DNA of 26,253 nt. Origin: a virus (Duplodnaviria > Caudoviricetes). Made by a program: the position numbers and the translations under genes. Shown piece by piece: positions 25,903-26,253 of the stretch (position 1 is the stretch's first letter; each line of letters begins with the position of its first letter). Location: positions 1 through 26,253 of IMG/VR virus record IMGVR_UViG_3300043174_000016. One strand, 5' to 3'. Below the pieces are notes generated by a model. That model worked only from the letters and a program-made list of their open reading frames with translations. It ran no database searches and was not told where the DNA came from.

Positions 25903-26253
25903 CGCTCACGTCCTCTGCATTGAGGTCAATGACGGGCATGCCATCATCGCCGCCCTTCTTGACGTATTCAATCGTCAGACCACCCTCGACACGATGACGG
26001 TGCTCAACGACATCGGCAGGGCGATGACCCGCACGGTCAAGGATGTCCTTGGCAGCGACAACGGCGACCTGCTCGTTCTCGCTAGACATCGCACTGACGA
26101 GGGTGTGCACCGCATTGCGTGCCTGACCAGTGATCAGCGTGCGCACGTCATCCTGCTGTGTCTCGACGATGTTGTTCGTCATCGCCTCGACGAGCGTCGT
26201 GAACGCCTCGGTCATGCGGATGCGTGATACCTGTCCTTCTGTGCAGCCGATTG
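25895..26253 (-). CDS. terS: Terminase small subunit (start lies outside the window)
   Basis: Frame open to the window edge with HTH-like IGCTEGQVSRIR; AAKDILDRAG motif; upstream of terL. Confidence 0.72.
   Translation of the reverse strand, partial: IGCTEGQVSRIRMTEAFTTLVEAMTNNIVETQQDDVRTLITGQARNAVHTLVSAMSSENEQVAVVAAKDILDRAGHRPADVVEHRHRVEGGLTIEYVKKGGDDGMPVIDLNAEDVSDE

Noticed and set aside
1-26253. CRISPR array, tRNA genes, integrase, RNA polymerase, endolysin
   Set aside because: No regularly spaced repeats, cloverleaf or diagnostic motifs were recognised; they may lie outside the window.

Overview
This window is about 26 kb of a GC-rich (~60%) tailed dsDNA phage with podovirus-like gene order, probably infecting an alphaproteobacterium (inferred from an apparent absence of GANTC). 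The + strand (1-4286) carries the 3' part of a family A DNA polymerase, an HNH-AP2 homing endonuclease, a separately promoted two-gene cassette of exported proteins, a small ORF and a DUF3987-like AAA+ helicase. The - strand (26253 to 4283) carries the virion module: TerS, two small ORFs, TerL, portal, scaffold, major capsid, a very acidic peptide, a decoration-like protein, adaptor, nozzle, tail fibre, three tandem paralogous mini-adhesins, a lipoprotein, a GNAT and four internal/ejection proteins. Strongest unexplained signals: (1) at least 20 perfect copies of the inverted repeat TGACA-N(1-2)-TGTCA across the window, several over a promoter or start codons; (2) a Gly/Ala/Ser-rich secreted protein plus a Cys-containing partner with their own promoter and internal terminator; (3) a triplicated modular receptor-binding set; (4) His at PolA position 762. 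All counts were made by eye and no database searches were run.
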